DNA of 64,000 nucleotides from Ascidiella aspersa (taxonomy: Eukaryota). The translations under genes and the position numbers were made by a program. Below the pieces are notes generated by a model. The model was given only the letters and a program-made list of their open reading frames with translations. It had not been told where the DNA came from and searched no databases. Below are positions 11,749 to 23,394 of this stretch, piece by piece; the stretch's first letter is position 1; each line of letters opens with the position of its first letter. Location of the stretch: assembly GCA_963924565.1 (NCBI GenBank), contig OZ004607.1:24738001-24802000 (forward strand). The letters run 5' to 3'.

Positions 11749-14330
11749 CTCTAAAATATTTCGATTTATTTTCGAACCAAAGAAGAAGCCTCGTACTCAA
11801 AATATAAAAAAGTTCAAGTCTCAAAGATGTGTAACAAACTACTGCAAATTAAAACGGACCGTTCACTTTGTTCGAACCTGTTGTTATCCCATTCGCTTCG
11901 ATGTTTTCAGACACGATTTAGTCCAATTTAGATCGGTTCTCAACATGATCAATTGTAGCAATTGTCAGAACTTCCTTTATATTCCAAAACTTGACAAATA
12001 GCAGTTTATATTTCTGGTTTATAAATTGCTGTTAGCAGTTGGATATCCGCAGGATGCCAGTAATTCATTTTTAATCATGTTCGCGCAAACTCGTACTTTG
12101 GGTCGTCGTTTCTAACAAAATAGGTATGTTTTTGCTATGCATACAAAATCTAATATTGCGTAATTTTCCATTTCTTGGCAAATATTAAATAAAGAACTAA
12201 TGTAATTCATAATGCATTCTACCACCATTGTATGAACCCGTAACTGAAGTAAAACTAACGTACAATTACGGATACTATAGTGTTTCAATGTACCGCACGG
12301 TCCGTCCTGTTCGGAATTAAAAAAAATAATAAAAAGTATATACCCTCTGCAAAAAATATTCATGGTCGGGTGTTTGGCGTAAGCCTACCACGGCCTTCTT
12401 TCATTATATATCTCTACAAAGTATTAAAATCAAAATGTTTTGGGGCAAGTTTTTTTAACTTTGTAATGGCTTTGATATTTTTTGTTATTTGTTGGTTTAC
12501 TATATTTATATTTAGTCAGGTTTTCTGATGTAGGCTATGAGTTATGCCATGCCAGACATGAACCGTTGTACGAACAAATTTGATTTTCTGTTAACAAAAA
12601 TTCGGTTTCGTTGATGAAACTTGATTTGTTTGATTTTTTTATTAATTTAACAAATGCAGAAAACAAATGTTGAAAAAAATAGTGCTTTACGGATTTCCTG
12701 TGAAAAAAATATTACGAAAAACAAGCGCTTTGTGGGAGCCATATACTTATAAATAAAGCTAGCAATAAATGAGTTCAAAACTTTAGACGTTTGATGTTAC
12801 TGTTCGCTAATAAATGATAACACTGAAGTAATAGTACGGTTTAAACAACTTGACCCAATTTTTTAGTGTTAATATTTTTATATTTAAGGAACAGTAAATA
12901 TCGCAAAAAAAAAAAAAAAAAAATTTGTCAAGCAAAATCAGATTTGTTTGCTGATGGACTGTTTTTGCCGATGAAACACAAACTGTAAAACATAGCTATG
13001 TGAGAAGTTTAAATTTAACCTAAAACAGCAACGTAACCACATGAAGGCCTTATAAGGTATTGTTTTACTACCTGATTTTAATATTTTCTAAAATTTTCCG
13101 CATAGGTTTTTTATTTCTACGCTCCTGTAAAGCAGTTGGATATGAATATTTTTTTACTACTATAGATTTTACGTTGCTTGACTTATTCCATAATTTTCCA
13201 TAATATTCGCCTTGATTACCTTGGGATATATATATACATATTACCATAATAACTAAAGGAAATATTGGTTCAGTTTAATTGATACAGTGTTCTACATAAT
13301 ACAAACACAGAACAACAAACTTGTTGTATTTAGATTGTGCGAATTGGTCATAACCTCCGCCAAAGGTTTACACCATATAGCAGTGTTATTATGAAAATTG
13401 TATGTTATTATACAGGGTATTTTTTTATAATTAAAGGTATTGTGATTTAAACTTTGAGGGAAGATCCAAAGTCAAACAATACATCTTGCTAAAATAAATA
13501 GATATTTAAATGTTATATGTGTCCTCTAAAAAGATTGATCATCTTAAACAGAACGAAACTATAAATTATTATAATTTCCAGTAAAATTTATAAAACTCAC
13601 ATTGTTTTTGTTTTAATATTTACGGACTAAGAGTATTGTTGTCAACGTCAGATCCAGTGGATTAATCTAAAAGACAGTTATTGGACCGATATCCTTTCTG
13701 TGTAGAGCAGCCTACAACAGAGGTCCGTGGCTTAAATATATTCCAACTATGTAAAAAATACAACGCGTAATATTCATTTAATTTGAATTTTAATTTACAA
13801 TAAAAATCTAGATTTCGTTTGCAGAATTGCTTTAAGTTTAACTTGAAGTAATTAAAAGAAATACCAAAACGCGAATCAATACACGAAAGAAGCGAAAACA
13901 TTTTCCAGTAGCAATAGCGGCGTAAAAATGTTTATACAGCTGAAATTTATCAACACCCTAAACCCAAATATATAGCCCGCCGAAGCGTACAAATTGTTTG
14001 CAACAAAAGCAATAGCGAAAGGCTAAAACATGGTTATATGTGGACATGTGTTGAGCATCCTTTCTTGTAGGCATATTTAACTTAAACCTGTTACTGCACG
14101 TGAACAAGTGTTTGTTGTGTAGGCGCGTAGTCCTTTACGAGTCACCCAAGTGTGGCCGGATTCGCCATTGTTCAATTTATGTGACAAACTGGGTCACATT
14201 GGCCAGACGAAATTAAGGTGGTGCTTTTGTTGTCAATGTTGGTTTTCATTATTCTCAGTGGTAAATATTCAGAAATCTCAAAAGAGCGTGCGATAACCTA
14301 GTGATTGTACACTGTCAACCTTTTCGGATG

Positions 14331-15386
14331 TTATTCCTTCGCTCTGCCGTTAGTGTTTGCAGGAAAGAAACGGGTGTTTCGACTTCCATTGGCAATGGCC
14401 GCAATCGGGCTTATCGGTGAGAATTGCGCATCGTTTCGCCCAACGCAGAGTGGAAGAAGTCGGTTCTTCCAGTTTTTAAATGAGCACACAATACACAACA
14501 AGTTTGTTACCAGGCTCGCGTCGTAAATCACATTCGACATAAGCACGGGCCAGGGGAAATTAGCCGACCACAGCGTCAGCAGAAAGGCGACCGCGTCAGA
14601 AACAACGCACACCGCCGCGGTGACGAATGCGCGTCGAACTGTCGGTATTATTCGACACATGCTCTCGTTCATGCTTCCGGCCGACTGTCGCCGCATCTGC
14701 CTGTGCCTGATGAGTGGCCAAACGAATAAAAGCAACAGCGTGGTTTGGGAAACAATACTCGCACCCATCAGCACAATCCAGGCTACTTTCATATCGATCG
14801 TAGACCGAACGATACAGCGCCCGTGAAGCGATTCGTAACTTCTTGTTGTTATGAAGAGAGCGATCACCACAACAGCGAACAACACCATCGTAACCAACAC
14901 AAACGCACTCATGAACCTCGTATACGGCGAGTTGCACTGGCGCATGATCCGCTGCTTGTAGAGAAAGCGCTGCTTGTACCACAGAAACAGGTACGTGAAG
15001 GTGAGTGCTGCCGCATAGAGAAATATGTGCACGGTAAGAGTTAATGTGCAAGTATTGGCACGCGCAGAACCTAAATACATGTAGGTCACTTCTGCACAGC
15101 ATCTGCCCGTAATGGTGATGGACGCTCCTAGGCAAAGTCCGTTCTTAACCTGGTGTTTATTCAGGTTCCACCTTCGTCGATAAGTATTTTTTCGCCGGTG
15201 ATCATTGCGGCATTCGTAAACAGTCAACGCAAAAGTAACATAAAAACTAATCGCAGTCAAGATAGCAACAATGGCGGTAAAAGCAGTTATCCAAATATCT
15301 GGCACAGCCATTTCAAGCGCATCGGATGTTGCCATCAGAGCAGATGTCACATTGACATTCACGGCAGTTGTTTCCAAACTTTCCAT
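14331..15386 (-). CDS. Intronless orphan 7-transmembrane (rhodopsin-like fold) receptor, 351 aa
   Basis: Seven hydrophobic segments, N-terminal N-glycosylation sequon (NVT), and cysteines at the top of TM3 (NTC) and in ECL2 (GRC). The DRY position reads WYKQR and there is no NPxxY. Confidence 0.8.
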   Translation of the reverse strand: MESLETTAVNVNVTSALMATSDALEMAVPDIWITAFTAIVAILTAISFYVTFALTVYECRNDHRRKNTYRRRWNLNKHQVKNGLCLGASITITGRCCAEVTYMYLGSARANTCTLTLTVHIFLYAAALTFTYLFLWYKQRFLYKQRIMRQCNSPYTRFMSAFVLVTMVLFAVVVIALFITTRSYESLHGRCIVRSTIDMKVAWIVLMGASIVSQTTLLLLFVWPLIRHRQMRRQSAGSMNESMCRIIPTVRRAFVTAAVCVVSDAVAFLLTLWSANFPWPVLMSNVIYDASLVTNLLCIVCSFKNWKNRLLPLCVGRNDAQFSPISPIAAIANGSRNTRFFPANTNGRAKE

Positions 15387-16834
15387 TTGTTTGCTTTCAA
15401 TCCTTTCAATTTAGAGCATAAAAAATATACTTATAAATAAATAATAGTTTCTAAATTGTTGTAAACTGTAATGATTACTTTGTATGATACGGGATAAAAC
15501 ACTTAGTTGTCGACCTAAATTATTACTTAAACTGCTTTTAAACGTTTCTTGCGGTTAATTTATAGAACTGAAAATTAGAAATAGAACAACGTGTGATTAT
15601 TCTTTTTCCTTCTTTTCCGAAGGCCTTTAACCAAATTAAAAATTCCTTGCTTGACACTTCTAAAAGCACCAACGTGTTATGATACAGACTAGTTTAGCAT
15701 CTTGTTAAGTAAGCACATCACGACATTCGTTTATCTATTATCCTAAGTCTAGAGTAGTTTTGATTTGCACGGAATAACACGTAAATACAGCTCCTATTTT
15801 ATTAATTTGTAGCTTTTTAAAACAACATGGGGTATATATAACCTAAATTTTACTATTTCTGGCTCTATCACGAGAAAACTGTACTTCTAACCTTATTGAC
15901 CCTTTTACAATGGTTGGCTTTTAGTTACATGATTGACGTATAGTGCTGAGGGTGGCCTTTTTGCCTTTACTATTGCAGACCTAATCTTTGGCCATTTTAT
16001 CAGTTAACTGACCTCAGCCCGAAGTTTGCGTCTTTTGCCGCTTCATTATACGTTGTAATAATGTCTGATCTAAATCCTTTACCACATGTCACAGTTATCT
16101 GTCTGCTCACTTTTTACTACAGCCATGTTTCATTATATGTAATTTATTGATAATAATGTACATCATATAATTAAACACTGCTAATTAAGTTTGATCTATA
16201 TATATATAAAAGTTTCAGGCAGTTTGACAGCGATCAAAAAGTATATAAAAAGAATGTCGTTACGGCAATAAATATATCGGCCCATTCTTATCGCTCTACA
16301 GCTAAACAAAAGGCTGGGGAAAAACTTCTTCCAGTGAAAATTCCCTGCCGGTGGGTTTCCCAGACGGCCTTTGTCCCGCGGGTTCAGTTAAGTTGGCGTT
16401 GTAGAAGCGGCCTTGGCGTAAATAGCGTATAATGGCTAAAGCAGCGAGTAAAAAAGAAATTGACGTAGCTCTATTTGCATATTGCCTATCATAGGCACAA
16501 TTCCTTACAAAAAGCTGATTTAAATTTAGTGTCAAGGCCATGCACGTTTCAAAGTGGCTGCCGTTTTTGTCTGGCATTCCAAACTTCGTCTTCGCTGTGA
16601 TCCGTGCTGTCCCCGATAACATTGGCGAACCTCTTGTTACTGATCCGGAGGTCCGGAGCAGACGTCAAGGTTGTCTCGTTCGAGTTGAGCGTGCTGCTAA
16701 CCACTTCGCCACTAGATCCGTATACCGTGCGATCCTGCTTGTAAGGCCTGCTGGACAGTGCGGGCTAGAAACAGAGTTGCCATCAATAAACAACGGTTGT
16801 TTAATGTCTGTGGCATTTATAGGTAAGGCAAGTA

Positions 16835-16942
16835 TACTTTAGATCACTTAGTCTTACCGGACTAAACACAATTGTACTTTAGATCACTAAGTCTTACGGA
16901 ACTAAACACAATTGTACTTTAGATCACTTAGTCTTACCGGAC
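16835..16942. repeat. 40-bp tandem repeat, ~2.7 copies
   Basis: Unit tactttagatcacttagtcttaccggactaaacacaattg. Confidence 0.9.
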
Positions 16943-17204
16943 GTTTTTACAAAGGCAGTGGAAAAACGACTCACACCATTTTTTAACCATGCAACAAAAC
17001 GTTAGCTATCCATTAGATTACCATTTAAGATTTCCACTTTTGCCCGCCGAACTTAATGAAATATATTGCTTTACGCTTAGTATATATTCGGTCATAGTTA
17101 ATATTTGCTTTCGCTGATTAGAATATTACTGTGAAATCCTTCAACACAATGGCTAATCTGGACTTGAATATGCCGAAAAAACAAAAATGTTCCTAAGTAT
17201 AATC

Positions 17205-20200
17205 TTAAATTTGCTGGCCGCATTCAAAGATTCCACCAAAAATAGGTTGTACATGCCTTTGCTTGGGATACATAATACCTTTTTTGTTAACCCAAATTAT
17301 CTGTTGCTATGTTTAACCAGAACAATAAATATTTTAGTTGAGAACCCATTGGTGATTTGTAGTGTAGGATTTTCGTTTTTCGAGAAGCAAACAAAGCCCA
17401 AGTGGAATGGGTGTTTGCAGGAATAGCGCAACTCACCGACTTCTCCATAACCTTGTGCGAATTTCCGTTAATTTCTGCCCTCATGCTCATCATAAACTCC
17501 TGCACAGCCACCCGGCTCTTCTTGTTGTGCTTAAAGTAGCAAACCAGACCAACAATGAGTCCTCCCAGCACCGCCAGAAAAAGTAGGATGAAGAAAGCTC
17601 CGGCGTCGTTTAGAGATGACATGAAGTTTGTGTAGAGTTGGTTTCCCCCGCCACCTTCCTTGCACGTCGTGGTTGTGGTAACTAAATGTCCATGGGAGTT
17701 TTTTTTAAACGTTAATTTGTTTTAGTGAAACACGTGTAAAAATAAATGGGAGTTATTTGAAAATTTTATGAAGAATATTGACTGCAGTTTCTTAGTTGAA
17801 GTTGACAAATAGGGAAGCTTTATCAATCTTAAGGCCTAAAAGACAACAAAGTATTCTTAAATCTTACAAATTTCAACTGAATAGAATGGTTCTTCTAAAC
17901 AAGTGTCGGATGAACATGCACAAATGTTTAAAAAACTATATTAAGAAATCACCTGACGGAGTTGTGGTGAAAACAAACTCGGTGGTGGATTTTGTGAAAT
18001 CGCTGCACTGCACCGAGCTTAGCTCTTTTTCGCTTAGCGTTGCCATCAAACGACCGGAAACTTTAACGGGCCACGAGCAGACCAGGTTCATTTGGTCGTA
18101 GCTTTTTTCAGTTCGGGAAACACCCGCAAGAAAATAATAATAGGGTATCACGTCCGAGCAGCAAAGCCACTTATTCGGATAGATAGTGTTGGTTTTTAAT
18201 CTGCGGTCCATTTCAAGGGTTCCGTTGTTTACTACGATCGAGCCAAACCAAGTCGGTTGCGCTACGGTTAGTTTGTTGTCGAACAAAGAAAGGTGATTCA
18301 GCGATGTGAGGCCGACAAACGCTTCACGGGTGATGTCAGTGATCTGTGATAATATGTATCGTTAGGAATAACATAAGGTTGTAAAATGACTGACGCTATG
18401 CCCCACGTGTAGACGTATCGCCGCAATGTAGTGTCAACCAAGATGATTTACTGCGGTAGAGGAATCAACATGATGTTACGCGTGAGTAAGGGGTGATGCT
18501 TGTGCACACAAGTAAAATGGACTTTTTCAAATACATTAATACTTCAGAATAAATTGCTGAGTTTAAAATATTGTTTTTTTCTCCGTTACCTCGTTAGCTG
18601 CCAAGTACAACCAAGCAAGGCTGCCAAGGGTGGAAAACTCCCTTCCGATGGACGATAGCATGTTGTTTTCGAGATCCAAATACTCCAGTTTCGGAACCTG
18701 CTCGAACATGCGCAGCGGCAACACGCGAAGCTTATTGTTGGCCATATAAAGTGACTTAAGGCTCTTCAGCCCTACCAAGGTGTTGTCCGTCAAACCTGAA
18801 ATTCAGGAGTTATTTTCGATAAAAAAAACTAAAATACAATGACTGTTGAATTGCAAAAATTCATGTTGTCTCATTTTAGCGAACTGACCAGTTAATTCGT
18901 TTCCCGACAGGTCAAGCTCGGTGACTAGGTAAAGCATTGCGAATGAATAGTCCTCGATTGCTTGAATTTTGTTGTTCGAAAGGAAGAGGTTGGTGAGCTT
19001 TAATACGCCGAGACCATCCACCTTGACAGGAAAAAAGTATAGGTAGAAAGGGATAATTCCGACATTTTTCACAATGCCAGCATGAAAATACCATAGGTAA
19101 AGTGCATTTTAAAACCCATTTCCTGTTGCGCGCATGGCGCAAGGACTTATACTTGGATTACAAACTTCGTAAATTGCCGAAATTGCTTGCAACTTGCAAC
19201 TTTATTTATTCGACATTTATTTTATTTTTTGAGATCCAATAACGCTATAGGCAATCTTAAATCGTAGATTATTTACATAAGACAACTAACAGCTATATAA
19301 AAGCGTTAATACGAAAAAATAGGTCAGGTTGTAAAATAGCTTGAACGTTGTGATAAACCGTTATCTAATATTCTCTGTTATTTCACTTTATCAATGTGCC
19401 ATTCTTGATTCCGAGGCCAAGAGTACGTTCCAAGTTAATGCAGTAACAAAATAATTTGGTGTTGTGCAAAAACATCGAAGGCCTTCTTACAACAATAAGT
19501 CTTTTTCCCAAATCAACCTATACCAAGTGGGGATTTTTTTTATCAAAAGCCCCAAACGAATTTTAAGTGTATTCTACTTCACAACGACAAGAAAGGTTTC
19601 GGGGAAAACACAATGGCATTTTACTAAGAGGACCTTGTGAAACAAACGCGGACCAACTGCCAAGCTCTTGAGGTTAAATTGAGCCTAAAATTGCTATTCA
19701 GACGCTTATATCGACTTCCATAAAACCTCGATAACGTTATTGAATATTAAGGTGAACGGTTTCATAAAAATCTCAACACAATGTACGACATAATCCAGGG
19801 TAGATGGAAATTCATTGTAATATTCGATTACCCCTGGTGACATGTGCGTGATGGTGGCCAGAGAGGTAAGGCAAAAATTATATAAAAGCACTTTCCACTT
19901 ATATAAGTCATATCGCATTTCGAGGGTTATGTTTTGGTTCATAAACATTAAATAACTGTTTCTTTTCTTTCATTTCAACTTGTTCGGTACCACACATTAT
20001 CTCTTAGAAATGTCCCTATGGGCTTACTTTACACTTTACGTATAAAAAAACAATAAGGCGAAGTTTATATATTCGAAAGCAAAAATGCGAAAATAATATT
20101 TCGCGATATATCGAAACCTAAATCCAAATCTTGGTGCATTTTTAGAATCATGGGATCTGAAATATCCTATAACAACTTTTTCGTGCGGCGCCTTGAACAA

Positions 20201-21949
20201 GAAAAATTTTGTAGGTCATTATTGTTCTGATGTAGCCAATTCAAATCAGGAATTAGATGTACCCATTGAAAAACGACTATTAGAAAATTGAACCAAGTTC
20301 CAACTTTTTTTTTCTATTATTTCTGTACTTGTAAAATTGCAAAGAGTGTATTTTTGCTGAAGCATGTGCGCCAGTAGGGTAGTCCGATAATATAGGATCG
20401 TAGCCGATAATCGGTTCCAAGAGGCGTCTATTCGAAATTCACAGCTAAATTTACGATATTAATTTGGTGCCGTATCGACACCGATCCGATATTATCGGAC
20501 TACCCCGGTTGTAAACAAATATTTGCTTTATACACGATATAGATGTCCGATAATATTAGATTTGAGCCGATACCCCATGCCAAGTGGTAATATCGGTATT
20601 TGTCCGATACTAAGGTGGTATCGTTGCTGAATTATTATAGTTTTTTGCTACCTTAAAAGGTATTTATTTACAAAATATACCATAGGCTAAAAACCAAATT
20701 TCTTAAAATTATACAAAATAATAACCTAAGAAAAATGTCCTTGAACGCTTTAATTTAAACCTCTTCGTTTGTTTGAGCATGTTTATGACGTAATTGGTAT
20801 AGACAGAAACGCGATACTTTCTGTTCAACAAGAGTTGGATTAATTACATTAATTCAGTTCAATTACAATTACAATTACTCCCTTAAATGTTTCAATTACA
20901 TTAGAATTAGAGTTACATTAAAAACTCTAATGAAATACATCAGTTATAATTTTCGGCATTGAAACTTCAATTTTCTTAATATGAATGTATTGAGTCAAAA
21001 TTTTGGCAAATAACAATTACTATTAGAATTATACAAAATGAAAATGCCTAAATTAAAAAACTGTAATTAATTACATCAATTACAACTACAAATTGCAATT
21101 GATCCAACTCTAATCGGTATCGAATTAAAATGTCAAGTATCGGACATTCCTACTCAAAGGTATAACTTGTCATATACAGCCTCTTTTATTAGTGTAAACC
21201 GTCACTGGTATAAAATAATGTTTTATGCAACAGACCATTACATACTGCTCAGAAGCGCGACTTCCTCTATCCCAACAGGGGATACGACATAATAAAAAAT
21301 AATCCACCTGTTGCTCTCGAACGAACTCGGGCGCAAAGTGAAGCTTAAATCCAGTGCTCCGCAACTTGTTTTACTTGTGAACAGCAACAGAGCGCAAACA
21401 ATTCGGCGACACACCTACCAAATATATGTCGATCGACAAAATACCACATCCGAAAATATCCAAGGCAACCTAGAGAAAAAATTACACACCGCACAATCTG
21501 TCACAGTATATGCTCTTCGCCTTTGCGCTGAATTTCTTTCTTGAAACGGACAAAGAAGTAAAAATAGGTAAATTTTTGCCGGGAGGCTCTGGCCTGGATG
21601 CGCCCCTGTCATGTAAAGTTCGTAACAAAGTACACGGTTATGTTATATAGTGTTATACCTTATCGGGTGTATGTTGTTCGATTTATTCATTAAATAAACA
21701 CTATTATTTAAAACTGTAGAATATTACTTTTGCTACCTGTATTTTGAACAGCACCGGGCCCACCACGTTTGCGTCAAGATCGAGCCATACCGTGTTGTTT
21801 GGGAGTCCTAAGGGTATGTTGTTTACGTCAGAACAGTGGACAACTCCAGATATTGCATCGCTACAATCGCAGTGCAGGTTTGGAAGAGGGCAGGATTGTG
21901 CGTTTGCCAGCGATAAGAAAATCGCCGTTATCAAAACTACCATAAACAT
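17205..21949 (-). CDS. Leucine-rich-repeat type I membrane protein (signal peptide, LRRNT, ~6 LRRs, LRRCT, Thr-rich stalk, TM, short tail)
   Basis: Exons 21949-21737, 19021-18889, 18795-18590, 18343-17953, 17681-17437, and a probable last exon 17306-17205 (or read-through to TAA 17287). Motifs: CP..CDC LRRNT, LxxLxLxxNxL repeats, NKWLCC...LVCSWP...C LRRCT, TM AFFILLFLAVLGGLIVGLVCYF. Confidence 0.85.
20375..20507. mobile_element. hAT-like MITE (~133 bp)
   Basis: TIRs gggtagtccgataatataggatcg / cgatccgatattatcggactaccc. Confidence 0.8.
20538..21152. mobile_element. Related hAT-like MITE interrupted by a nested MITE
   Basis: Ends tatagatgtccgata / tatcggacattccta, with internal ccgata/tatcgg repeats like the 20375 element. 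Confidence 0.65.
20830..21112. mobile_element. Nested MITE with aattac-rich subtermini
   Basis: TIRs agagttggattaattac / gcaattgatccaactct, with (aattac)n subterminal repeats. Confidence 0.7.
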
Positions 21950-23394
21950 TTTGATTTCTGAATGCTTTCCAAAAGTTAACACTGAAGTAGGAAAAAACGA
22001 AAAAAAGTATTATGTATAATTTCTTTCTAATTTCTTAGGCACCCTATCCTACATGTTAAACTGGCATCTTTAAATGGCTCTAACGTGACTGCTTACAACT
22101 GTAACGTATTCCTCAGATCGTATCCTTATATCCTTATTTCAATAAAACAGTTCGGTTTACATAAATGGTCCATTTCGTATGAAGAATCGACTAAACTGAA
22201 AAACATGAGGTCGGCACTGGCTTATTGCCTTGCTTTTTAATTTGCATCGGCAACAACGTATCCTCTGCTGATTATTATATTTAAATACAACTTGCGCGAG
22301 GGGTGGCTTGTCGTTGTTGTTGAAAATACGTTATTTGCTTTTGCGAGCTGCGCTAGCACTGTAATTAAGTTCGTAATGAAAACCCGTCGTGTAGTTTGGC
22401 TAAGAATCTGATTACCGGTTCTTGTCTGATAATCTTTAGGAATAGAAAAACCTTTGTTTGTAAAAGCGCATTTATACTACAACTAACGATGCCGTGCACC
22501 ACTAATGTAAATGATCGACATCGAAGCCACCATTTTATACTCAAACGTATGCAGGTTAACCTGAGGCTCCTTTATCCAAATGCGGTCATTGGTTTGAAAT
22601 AAAGCAAGTGATATAATACAGGACGTCACGTTTCGAAGTGACGCACATTGTTTGAAGCTGATTCAGTCCGGTGCTTCCGCTCTTAGCTATAGGTGCATGG
22701 TTTTTAATGCTTGGTAATTTTAAGCTATTTAAAGCACTCCCAAGACAGCATCCTGTGTACACTCTTTTTCGCTGGGCTGATCAACTCAATGTCTAATGTT
22801 TCATTGGGATTACTTTTCTGCAAGTTAATCTGCAAACTTATCACAAGCGTGAAGACATGACGTAGATATAAATTGGCACAGATAGAATAATTCAACAAGC
22901 AAACTCATGGATTATAGCGTATAGCATAAGCGATATAGCACTAATGGAATTTATTACTGATTTAATATATCACTTAACTGTGATTACAGACTGAATTTAA
23001 ACGTTTATCATGACCAAAGCTTTCGACTGAACATACGTTTGAGCCATTCAGACATGGCTGTAATAAATGTGAAATAGTTTGTTATTGACGTATAAAATAA
23101 AATCAATACTACAACTTAAAAAAAGGTTAAAATTCCGACAAAAAATCTATACGGACAAGTCAAACTTCAAGTTGCAATATAAAATGAAACACGCGTGACT
23201 AAGGGACGATAATTATTTTTGGAGGAGCGAAGTTTAAGTCGGTGAAAAATATGTTTTACATAGTGTACCTATAAATAAGTCACAAATGATACCACACTTT
23301 GTTGGTACGAAGAATAAACAAATCACAGATAAGTTCTGCCTGCTTAAAGAAACTCGTTTGTCTGTAGGCTACTTTATTTCTTCTCATAGGACTG

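Noticed and set aside
16660-16720. Minus-strand A-box-like TGGCGAAGTGG suggesting a tRNA or SINE
   Set aside because: No B-box (GTTCRA) at the proper distance and no cloverleaf.
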